Shown in pieces: positions 56,759 to 64,000 of a DNA stretch of 64,000 nucleotides (position 1 is its first letter; every line of letters begins with the position of its first letter). The position numbers and the translations under genes are program-made. The stretch comes from a virus. Lineage: Duplodnaviria > Caudoviricetes. The notes under the pieces were generated by a model. It searched no databases. It saw nothing but the letters and a program-made list of their open reading frames with translations, and was not told the origin of the DNA. The stretch is taken from positions 1-64,000 of IMG/VR virus record IMGVR_UViG_3300027994_000006. One strand, given 5' to 3'.

Positions 56759-58510
56759 ATGTTCCGTACACACACAAACGGCGAACTAACGCTGAAAAAT
56801 CTGAATGAAAAAGTAACACTTTCCGGCTGGGTACAAACCATCCGTGACAAAGGTTTTATGATTTGGATAGATTTGCGAGACCGTTACGGCATCACCCAAT
56901 TAGTTTTAGACGAAGACAGAACTTCCAAAGAACTTTTGGAAACTGCTAAGAAATTAGGTCGTGAGTTTGTCATCAAAGTTGAAGGAACTGTAATCGAACG
57001 TACTTCCAAAAACCCAAAGATTGCAACCGGAGACGTAGAAATCTTAGTTGAAACGCTAATTATTTTAAATGAATCTCAACTTCCACCATTCACCATCGAA
57101 GACGAAACCGACGGTGGCGAAGAATTGAGAATGAAATACAGATACCTCGACATCAGAAGAAATCCGGTAAAAGACAAATTGATTTTCCGTCACAAAATGG
57201 CGCAAAAGGTACGAAACTATCTTTCCGAAGAAGGTTTCATCGAGGTTGAAACGCCGGTTCTAATCAAATCTACTCCGGAAGGTGCGAGAGATTTCGTAGT
57301 TCCAAGCAGAATGAATCCGGGACAATTTTACGCACTTCCGCAATCTCCTCAAACTTTCAAACAATTGTTAATGGTTGGCGGAATGGACAGATATTTTCAA
57401 ATCGTGAAATGTTTCCGTGATGAGGATTTAAGAGCCGACAGACAACCGGAATTCACGCAAATCGATTGCGAAATGGCGTTCGTAGAGCAGGAAGATATTA
57501 TGAATGTTTTCGAAGGAATGACAAAAGTTCTTTTGAAAGACATCACAGGAAACGAATTCCAGGATTTCCAAAGAATGACTTTCGCCGATGCGATGCAAAA
57601 ATACGGAAACGACAAGCCGGATATCCGTTTCGGAATGGAATTCCACGAGTTAAATGATTTAACGAAAGGAAAAGATTTAAAAATATTCGACGAGGCTGAA
57701 TTGGTTGTCGGAATCAATGTTGAAGGGATCGCAGATTACACCAGAAAACAAATCGACGAATTGGTGGATTGGGTAAAACGCCCACAAATAGGCGCAACTG
57801 GATTGGTTTGGATTAAATTCCAAAATGATGGCGTTGTAACTTCGTCTGTCAATAAATTTTATTCTGAAGAAGATTTGAAAAAAATCACTGAAGAATTCGG
57901 AGCAAAAGCTGGAGATTTAATTTTCGTAATGTCCGGAAACGCAGATAAAGTGAGAACCCAACTTTCCGCTTTGAGAATGGAACTCGGAAACCGTCTTGGA
58001 TTGAGAAAAGGAAACGAATTTGCACCACTTTGGGTTGTAGATTTCCCGTTGCTGGAATTTGATGAAGAATCCGGAAGATACCACGCAATGCACCACCCTT
58101 TCACGTCTCCGAAAACCGAAGATTTCCATTTATTAGAAACGGACCCAGGTAAAGCAAGAGCCAACGCATACGATCTGGTTTTGAACGGAAACGAAATTGG
58201 TGGCGGTTCTATCAGAATTTTTGACAGAGATCTGCAGTCGAAAATGTTTGACCTTTTAGGATTCTCCAAAGAAGATGCAGAAGCACAGTTCGGATTCTTG
58301 ATGAATGCCTTCAAATATGGTGCTCCACCTCACGGAGGATTGGCTTTCGGATTTGACAGATTGGTCGCCATCCTTGATGGAAATGAAGTGATTAGAGATT
58401 ACATCGCTTTCCCGAAAAACAATTCCGGACGAGATGTGATGATTGATGCGCCTGCACCGATTCATCAGGAACAGTTGACGGAACTGGAACTTAAATTGGA
58501 TTTAAAATAA
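56759..58510 (+). CDS. aspS: Aspartate--tRNA ligase, full length, bacterial type
   Basis: OB-fold anticodon-binding domain, [43 protein letters not shown] insertion, [33 protein letters not shown]. Confidence 0.98.
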   Translation: MFRTHTNGELTLKNLNEKVTLSGWVQTIRDKGFMIWIDLRDRYGITQLVLDEDRTSKELLETAKKLGREFVIKVEGTVIERTSKNPKIATGDVEILVETLIILNESQLPPFTIEDETDGGEELRMKYRYLDIRRNPVKDKLIFRHKMAQKVRNYLSEEGFIEVETPVLIKSTPEGARDFVVPSRMNPGQFYALPQSPQTFKQLLMVGGMDRYFQIVKCFRDEDLRADRQPEFTQIDCEMAFVEQEDIMNVFEGMTKVLLKDITGNEFQDFQRMTFADAMQKYGNDKPDIRFGMEFHELNDLTKGKDLKIFDEAELVVGINVEGIADYTRKQIDELVDWVKRPQIGATGLVWIKFQNDGVVTSSVNKFYSEEDLKKITEEFGAKAGDLIFVMSGNADKVRTQLSALRMELGNRLGLRKGNEFAPLWVVDFPLLEFDEESGRYHAMHHPFTSPKTEDFHLLETDPGKARANAYDLVLNGNEIGGGSIRIFDRDLQSKMFDLLGFSKEDAEAQFGFLMNAFKYGAPPHGGLAFGFDRLVAILDGNEVIRDYIAFPKNNSGRDVMIDAPAPIHQEQLTELELKLDLK

Positions 58511-58537
58511 AAAGAGCGACACCTAAGCATCGCCCTA
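58506..58537 (-). terminator. Intrinsic terminator of the capsid operon, abutting the aspS stop
   Basis: Minus strand AGGGCGATGC-TTAG-GTGTCGCTCT (with G-U pairs) followed by TTTTATTTT. Confidence 0.65.
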
Positions 58538-58562
58538 AAAAAGAAAACCACACGACAACCGT

Positions 58563-59255
58563 TTACTGTTGTTTTATTTGTTCCTCCTGCTTTAGTTGTG
58601 TGGATAGTTCCAAAGCAAATTGATCGTCCAAATTAACCCCGAAGTATGCCATCAGTTCTATCAATACCGCCTGCATCATACTCGGGTGTAAATCGATGTC
58701 CTGAAAGTCACTTGCGCTAATATCATAAACTTCCTCTTCAAAGAAAATCTTTGTCGTGAGTTTTGGCACTTTGGCCTTTCTAAAATACACCAATGATACT
58801 TTACTCGCTGAAGGACTTAGTTTCAGTTCGTTGTCATTAAGAGTATAGATAGGTAGGCAACTCGTAGGTCGCAGTTCTGGTAATCTGGATAGTTTATTAT
58901 AAACAAGTAGATCTGTTTTCTCAGCTTCTGCCTTATCCGTAAAAACAGAATTAGCAAATAGAAAATCAGGAATCGCCTGAATAACATCAGCCTTGCCAGC
59001 CGTTAAGGTAACATCAGCTTCTGAAATATAATATTCCATAGCCTGCTTCATATACATCGACTCATCGCCATAGTTTGGGCTGTCCATCCAACGCATCTTT
59101 CGGAGATTCAACTTCCGGAAGTTTGGGAACAGGCTCATTTGCACATTACTTACCACAGGCGCAAGAATACTATTCTTCTCATCAGTAGAAAGTTTTCCCA
59201 TCTGTTTGTGGTTTGTGATGTCATCTATGGCGTTACTTAGAGCGACGATCATCAT
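58563..59255 (-). CDS. Putative head-tail connector/ring protein
   Basis: Downstream of the capsid genes; YFRKAKVPK...QDIDLHP...LMAYFGV pattern; inferred from position. Confidence 0.5.
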   Translation of the reverse strand: MMIVALSNAIDDITNHKQMGKLSTDEKNSILAPVVSNVQMSLFPNFRKLNLRKMRWMDSPNYGDESMYMKQAMEYYISEADVTLTAGKADVIQAIPDFLFANSVFTDKAEAEKTDLLVYNKLSRLPELRPTSCLPIYTLNDNELKLSPSASKVSLVYFRKAKVPKLTTKIFFEEEVYDISASDFQDIDLHPSMMQAVLIELMAYFGVNLDDQFALELSTQLKQEEQIKQQ

Positions 59256-60004
59256 TACTTAGCTGGTGTTGCAGTTGCAGGATCTTCTACTTTTTTATGA
59301 GTAGCTTTTTCCTTCATCATTGTTTGAATTTGTTTTCTGGTTTCACGGCCTTCTGTTTCCTTATAGAAATCTACCATTGCCTGTACTGCAGTTGAATCTC
59401 TTGGGATAGAAACGATCTTTACCTCATTATGTCCCCAACGTACTTCCGTAGCATTATCCTCGATGATTCCCTGCGCAATAGCAAGACCGATTTCGAATTT
59501 TTGATTCTTAGTTTTATCGGTCAAAAGTTCTTTCACTTCATTAGGAAATTTCTGAGTGTGACCCAAAACATCCAATTTGATTCCGGCATTATCACCTTCC
59601 TTCGCTTTAATTACAGCGTCTCTACCGAATAGGTTCCAAGCTAATGACAGTAATTCAGGTTGTGTAAGGTCGGTAACTTCCAACATCACTTTCAAGTCTT
59701 TTGTAGCCTCTTCAGCTTTAGCTTCATTCTCAGCAACCGGATCATAGATTTTGATTTTAGTTCCGAATCCAGGTTTAGACTCAATAAATTTTTGCCATGT
59801 AACATTATCTGTAGAAAGTAATTGTGAACCTACAAAGATTCTTGTTTCAGTTACTTTTCTGGTTCCTTGTTTTTTTAGTTCGAGTTCTGTGTCGCCTTCT
59901 ACCAATCGATAGGTTTTATAGCCGTCATCAGTTTTTACTTCGTGTCTTGGACTCAGATAAGTTCTTTGGTAGCCCTTATCAAATAAATAGGTTTTTAAAG
60001 CCAT
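59255..60004 (-). CDS. Virion-associated protein following the major capsid gene
   Basis: ORF track; position only. Confidence 0.5.
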   Translation of the reverse strand: MALKTYLFDKGYQRTYLSPRHEVKTDDGYKTYRLVEGDTELELKKQGTRKVTETRIFVGSQLLSTDNVTWQKFIESKPGFGTKIKIYDPVAENEAKAEEATKDLKVMLEVTDLTQPELLSLAWNLFGRDAVIKAKEGDNAGIKLDVLGHTQKFPNEVKELLTDKTKNQKFEIGLAIAQGIIEDNATEVRWGHNEVKIVSIPRDSTAVQAMVDFYKETEGRETRKQIQTMMKEKATHKKVEDPATATPAK

Positions 60005-60043
60005 TGTATTAAATTGTTTATGTGGTTTGTTTTGATTAAAGAA

Positions 60044-60074
60044 ATAAAGCGGAGTGTTTTAATCTCCGCTTTAT
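60044..60074 (-). terminator. Terminator after the major capsid gene
   Basis: ATAAAGCGGAG-N9-CTCCGCTTTAT perfect 11-bp IR followed by TTCTTT on minus. Confidence 0.75.
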
Positions 60075-60083
60075 GTTATTGTT

Positions 60084-61451
60084 TTAAGCGTTTACGCCTA
60101 TGATGAATTTATCTGCACCGAAAACAGCAACTGACATTTTGTTTTTGTAAGTCACTTTTACTTTTCCGCAGTTATAATCATTCTCATTAGAATCTCTTTT
60201 GAACTTGTACGGATCATTTGCGTTACCGAACCAGATCAAAGTTACTCTACCTAATGTTCTTGCTTTTCCGTTTAGCGTTACATTTACTTTATCAGCTGGT
60301 GTGATAAGGAAGTTGTAAGCTTTACCAAGTTTCTCAGATCCTCTACCGGATAATCCTTTCCACTCTCTGAACATCAGTTTTACTCCGAAGATGTCAACGC
60401 CTTTATATCCAAGATACATAAGGTCGTTTTGATGATTTTCAAAAGGCTTCCATTCAATTCCTGCGTTGTCTCTCTGGATCAACATAAGTTTTGTATACTG
60501 TGAAGGCGATGCATCAAGATACGCTTCGTAGATGTCCTGATCTTTCAAATACTGAGTTACAGCAATTAGATCCTCAAGAGTTTCCAGTTCACCTTCAAAC
60601 TTCACTGCTTTGTCATCAATGAATTCAAAGATTCCTCTCATATTCTGCGTGATGTCACCACCTACAGTTCTCTTTTCCCAAGCCAAAGAAGTATCAGACT
60701 TCTTAGCCAATCTTTTCATCGCATCATTTAGTTGTACTGATGGTGTAAAAGTGTACTCTCCGTAGTTTTTCTCAGGGAAAGCGTCCCATCCGCCTTCTGC
60801 AACCATAGTTTCCTCGCAGAACTCGTGTCCGTCGCCTAAACTTTTAAAGCCGTTCTCGTAAGTTGGAGAATAACCTTTCCATCCTAGAACAGAAGGACAT
60901 TCGCAATGATCAAGATTATCACCCAAGAAGATGATGTCAAGATTGGTTGTTGCAATCGTCCAGGCAGCACCTGCTTCTCTGTTTACGACAGTGATGGTTT
61001 TACCGTCTGAACTGATTGCTGTTACTTCCCCGATTTCTCTTTTACCTGTATTATCTACAGCTAAGATTCTCTCGCCTAAATTAGTGAAGAACTGCGCATT
61101 TTCCGGACGGCACAAATCAATATCATACGTGTCTGTTGGAATTGCAGAGGTATTGATTGTGAAGTTATTTCCGGTTCTTGAAACAAGATTTTGTCCAACG
61201 ATTTGGATCACATTTGTTTCAGATGGTTTTTCTTTCCAAGAAACCTGATCGGCTGCTACTGTGATTTCATTTCCAGAAGCCATAAGGAATCCGGCGTATG
61301 TATCGTAAGCTACTTCTTTAGCTTCTACTGTACCTAAGTGTTCAGGTGCTACAGCACAAGAAATTTCCATCTCTGTTACTAATGCTCTTCTTCCCTTTGG
61401 AAGCGGTTGTTGAAACCTTGCGTAATCTACTTGTGGTATTACTATTGCCAT
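60084..61451 (-). CDS. Major capsid protein (HK97 fold inferred)
   Basis: 455 aa after an acidic scaffold gene; high-expression codon bias; followed by a strong terminator; TQNMRGIFEFI motif. Confidence 0.75.
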   Translation of the reverse strand: MAIVIPQVDYARFQQPLPKGRRALVTEMEISCAVAPEHLGTVEAKEVAYDTYAGFLMASGNEITVAADQVSWKEKPSETNVIQIVGQNLVSRTGNNFTINTSAIPTDTYDIDLCRPENAQFFTNLGERILAVDNTGKREIGEVTAISSDGKTITVVNREAGAAWTIATTNLDIIFLGDNLDHCECPSVLGWKGYSPTYENGFKSLGDGHEFCEETMVAEGGWDAFPEKNYGEYTFTPSVQLNDAMKRLAKKSDTSLAWEKRTVGGDITQNMRGIFEFIDDKAVKFEGELETLEDLIAVTQYLKDQDIYEAYLDASPSQYTKLMLIQRDNAGIEWKPFENHQNDLMYLGYKGVDIFGVKLMFREWKGLSGRGSEKLGKAYNFLITPADKVNVTLNGKARTLGRVTLIWFGNANDPYKFKRDSNENDYNCGKVKVTYKNKMSVAVFGADKFIIGVNA

Positions 61452-61478
61452 TTTTTCTTTGTGTTTTTTTAGTTAATA

Positions 61479-62573
61479 TTAGTTAAAGGCAGAATTTCTC
61501 CTGTTTTCCAGATCCTTTTTATACGCTTCTGCTGCGCCTGTGGAAGTAGCTTGAACGGTTTGCACAACATCAGGACTTACGTTTCTTCGTAGCTTGTCTC
61601 TTTTCGCTCTGTCATTCAGGACAGCCTGCTCAATGAGGAAGTTGGTCATAGCCTGCGACGTTGGCGCATAGGCTTTTGTGACCGTTTCGATAAAACCCTT
61701 AGCATTTGTAAGCTGGTTTTTTTCGTTGAAGAAACTGTTGATGAGTACGCCCACATCCTCGCTGACGGTTCTTGCGTGCTTTAAATATTCCTCATCAGGA
61801 GTATATTGCACATTCACCGCATCGATACCAAGCTCTTTGTTGCCTTGATACGATAATTCTACAGTCGTTAGTTTCGGTAGTTCCTGATAGACTTGTTCTC
61901 TGTTGAAGGTGACGAGCGTCTGCTGTTGTTCTTGCGCTTGTTGAGCGATTTCCTCGTAAGTAAATCGTTTTTCAACTTGGCTTTCAACGTCAGATGTATT
62001 GGATGTAAATTCTTGAAGGTTTCCATCGTGCCATTTGCTGGCTTTACGAAGTTCACCTGCCATCTTAGCTTTTTGTCTAAGAATCTCCTTTTCATCCAAC
62101 TCGCCAGAAAAATCATCATCGTCATCGCTAACTGCGACCTCCAGTTCGCTCATTGCAAAAGCAATCTCATCTTCATTCATACCTTCTTGTTCAGAATAGT
62201 ACTTATGAAGGAGTTCTTTAGCATCGAGGTCTTTGGCAGGTGTTGTCAGGAACTCAAATTCTTTCCAATCATCTTTTCCGGTCTTCTGTACAAACTCGTT
62301 GTATTTCGCCACTTTTTCAGAAGCGAAAGAATTTGTTTTTTGTTCCGGAACTTCTGTTGGAGTTTCCGTAGCATTTTTATTTGGATTATCTGTTTCTGTT
62401 TCAGGTGTTGCAATTTCTGCAACAGTTGCCGTTGGAGTTTCAGTCGCAGTAGTTTCTGGTTGCGTTTCTGTAGTCTCCGTAATAGGCGTTTCAGTTGGTT
62501 GTTGTGTTTCTTGTGTAGGCGACGCCTGTGAGGGTGCGCCTTCATTCATAAGATTACTTAATGTGTCTCCCAT
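61479..62573 (-). CDS. Capsid scaffolding protein
   Basis: Acidic Thr/Glu/Pro-rich N-terminus and helical body directly upstream of the MCP. Confidence 0.7.
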   Translation of the reverse strand: MGDTLSNLMNEGAPSQASPTQETQQPTETPITETTETQPETTATETPTATVAEIATPETETDNPNKNATETPTEVPEQKTNSFASEKVAKYNEFVQKTGKDDWKEFEFLTTPAKDLDAKELLHKYYSEQEGMNEDEIAFAMSELEVAVSDDDDDFSGELDEKEILRQKAKMAGELRKASKWHDGNLQEFTSNTSDVESQVEKRFTYEEIAQQAQEQQQTLVTFNREQVYQELPKLTTVELSYQGNKELGIDAVNVQYTPDEEYLKHARTVSEDVGVLINSFFNEKNQLTNAKGFIETVTKAYAPTSQAMTNFLIEQAVLNDRAKRDKLRRNVSPDVVQTVQATSTGAAEAYKKDLENRRNSAFN

Positions 62574-62594
62574 AATTTTCCTGTGGTTTTAAAA

Positions 62595-62634
62595 CAAAAT
62601 TATAGGTACACCCACACCATAGCGGTTTTGCTTA
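62595..62634 (-). promoter_or_regulatory. Late-promoter motif (scaffold/capsid operon)
   Basis: TAAGCAAAA-N23-TAATTTTG. Confidence 0.75.
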
Positions 62635-62717
62635 TTTTGTTGATAACTATTTAAAATAAAATGAATGGATTGTAAACAAATATGATTATCTTTGAAGTAT
62701 AACAAAATCACTAAATA

Positions 62718-63089
62718 GTGGTAAGTAAGAAAAGATGTTCTAACGGATGTAACTATCCAAGATTTTCGAAAGCTCTATGCAAAATATGCTGGCAAAAAGA
62801 ATATGGAAAACCCATTAAAAAGATTTCTGCCAACTATCAGAAGATTCTATCGGAGTATTCGCCTATACGGAAGGAGTATTTAGAAGCTCATGCAGAATGT
62901 GAGTTAAAGCTGGAATGCTGTACGAGAGTAGCAACTTGCATACATCACAAGAAGTCAAAACACAGCAAAGAATTATATCTCAATTCAGAGTTCTATATGT
63001 CGAGTTGTGTTCCTTGTAACGGAAGAGTAGAAGAACTTGGAGAAGAGGCGTACCGATTAGGTTTGAAAGTTAGACATAATACAAAATAA
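62718..63089 (+). CDS. HNH-type endonuclease with N-terminal Zn finger
   Basis: CSNGC...CKIC; CELKLECC...CIHHKK...CVPCNGRVE; promoter box TATCTTTG at 62687-62694. Confidence 0.7.
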   Translation: MVSKKRCSNGCNYPRFSKALCKICWQKEYGKPIKKISANYQKILSEYSPIRKEYLEAHAECELKLECCTRVATCIHHKKSKHSKELYLNSEFYMSSCVPCNGRVEELGEEAYRLGLKVRHNTK

Positions 63090-63202
63090 GAGAAGTGGCG
63101 AAATATGAGACGCAGGCCTATATGGCAAAAACAAAGGATGAAGTATAAACATCCCATCTATCCGGATAGATGAATTGCAGGTATCGAATCCTGTCTTCTC
63201 TT
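63089..63202 (+). ncRNA. tRNA-like RNA 1 with non-canonical anticodon region (114 nt)
   Basis: Acceptor AGAGAAG/CTTCTCT; D-arm GCG/CGC; T-arm GCAGG-TATCGAAT-CCTGT; three hairpins between the D and T arms. Confidence 0.7.
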
Positions 63203-63214
63203 TTTAAAATATTT

Positions 63215-63334
63215 GGGAAAGTAGCTCAGAAATAGGTTAGAGCGATTGAACTTAATTGGTTTGGAAAACCAGCATTTAAAAAAGCTATTAAATGTGTCTC
63301 CAGTAGGTCAGCGGTTCTATTCCGTTCTTTTCCA
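63215..63334 (+). ncRNA. tRNA-like RNA 2 with expanded anticodon loop (120 nt)
   Basis: Acceptor GGGAAAG/CTTTTCC; D-arm GCTC/GAGC; variable loop AGGTC; T-arm AGCGG-TTCTATT-CCGTT; about 50 nt with two hairpins in place of the 7-nt anticodon loop. Confidence 0.75.
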
Positions 63335-63339
63335 CATTT

Positions 63340-63450
63340 AACAAACCATCACTCACGAGTGAGTTGCGTAAACATAATTACAAAGGTGTAGATAACAGCA
63401 CTACAAGGGTGTTTCAAATGTCATCCTAAATTGCCTGCTGATGGTTTGTT
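63340..63450 (+). ncRNA. Structured RNA (multi-branch junction)
   Basis: Perfect 12-bp closing stem AACAAACCATCA/TGATGGTTTGTT enclosing ACTCA/TGAGT, TGTAG/CTACA and GGGTG/CATCC hairpins. Confidence 0.55.
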
Positions 63451-63482
63451 TTATTAATAAATAATTTAAAATAATATATATA

Positions 63483-63695
63483 ATGGATTACTTAAAAAAA
63501 GCAAGAGAAGTTTTCATCGAGTTGTTCTTTGAACCTTGGATGACAGCTAAAGACTTTCAACAATTTGAAACCAAAGCAATCGCACATTGCAACTATGGCA
63601 CAAAAAACTTTGCTCGTGACCTGGAAAACCAGTACAAACCGATGAGTGAAATTGACAGTCGCCTTGATGAAGTAAAACAAAAAGTAAGACTATAA
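63483..63695 (+). CDS. Hypothetical phage protein
   Basis: ORF track; TAATG overlap with the next gene. Confidence 0.55.
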   Translation: MDYLKKAREVFIELFFEPWMTAKDFQQFETKAIAHCNYGTKNFARDLENQYKPMSEIDSRLDEVKQKVRL

Positions 63696-63991
63696 TGCAG
63701 ATAGCAAAGGATATTTGGAACGGCTTATTTAATTACATTTCATACAGATTAGGATTAACCTTTCCTGAATGGAACACGGTTTACGACCAGAGATTACGAG
63801 CCTGTGAAAAATGTCCTTTAAAAAAAGGAGCGTACTGCTCAAAAAATCGTTCGGTACAAATTATTGACAACCAAAAATTATTAATCAAAAATCCAACAGG
63901 CGTTGTTACCGGTTGCGGATGCATAATCAAACTGAAAGCCGGAACCACATCGCCTTGCCCGCTTAACAAATGGCAAAACTTTAATTTCTAA
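63695..63991 (+). CDS. Cys-rich Zn-binding protein (DUF6171-like)
   Basis: RLRACEKCP...C...CGCIIKLK...CPLNKW. Confidence 0.65.
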   Translation: MQIAKDIWNGLFNYISYRLGLTFPEWNTVYDQRLRACEKCPLKKGAYCSKNRSVQIIDNQKLLIKNPTGVVTGCGCIIKLKAGTTSPCPLNKWQNFNF

Positions 63992-64000
63992 AATGGAAGA

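Larger units (their letters stand above)
1..64000. mobile_element. Temperate podovirus-type phage of a Bacteroidota host, attP-intact configuration
   Basis: One each of integrase, CI, terminase, portal, MCP and endolysin; no recognisable tape-measure, sheath or tail-tube gene; aspS is the only host housekeeping gene. Confidence 0.9.

Noticed and set aside
57397-58465. Overlapping alternative-frame ORFs within aspS and other long genes (for example 27506-34567 plus, 61868-62592)
   Set aside because: These are shadow ORFs lying antisense to or out of frame with well-supported genes, with no motifs or promoters of their own.
56759-58510. aspS as the chromosomal boundary of a prophage or a product of classical specialised transduction
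   Set aside because: Complementary phage modules continue on both sides, no other host gene is present, and attP is intact about 39 kb away.
63089-63334. Canonical tRNA genes, or tRNAs with group I introns
   Set aside because: There is no 7-nt anticodon loop with U33 and purine 37, and the inserts are about 20-50 nt, far too short for a self-splicing intron.
1-64000. Genome-wide stop-codon reassignment
   Set aside because: Long ORFs (3418, 1159, 796 and 755 aa) are intact under code 11, several genes end normally in TAG, and there is no suppressor tRNA with a canonical CUA loop.

Overview
The whole 64 kb window is the genome, or most of the genome, of a temperate podovirus-type phage. Its promoters (TAnnTTTG -7 boxes) and gene content point to a Bacteroidota host, probably Flavobacteriales such as Chryseobacterium or Epilithonimonas. 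It appears to be non-integrated: an intact attP (a tRNA 3'-end core with arm repeats on both sides) lies between an xis-like gene and the tyrosine integrase at about 17.5-17.8 kb, with phage genes on both sides. Modules in order: replication and early genes (1-9.7 kb); an immunity/lysogeny operon with SRAP, XRE and CI-like genes (9.7-12.5 kb); RecT, exonuclease, xis and int (12.7-19 kb); lysis (19-22.3 kb); receptor-binding proteins (22.3-27.3 kb); a 3418-aa polyvalent ejection protein, other internal virion proteins and tail proteins (27.4-45.1 kb); terminase and portal on the opposite strand (45.1-50.9 kb); a candidate DNA-modification block (51.8-54.6 kb); scaffold and major capsid (58.5-62.6 kb). 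The main surprises: (1) a complete host-type aspartyl-tRNA synthetase gene (aspS) with its promoter sits inside the phage between short direct repeats; (2) a ~360-nt ncRNA cluster at 63.1-63.45 kb contains two tRNA-shaped RNAs whose anticodon region is replaced by extra hairpins; (3) a bipartite promoter motif, TAAGCAAAA-N23-TAnnTTTG, occurs six times with identical spacing ahead of late genes; (4) two short ORFs are interrupted by single in-frame TAG codons. All calls come from reading the sequence and from recalled family motifs. No database search was run.
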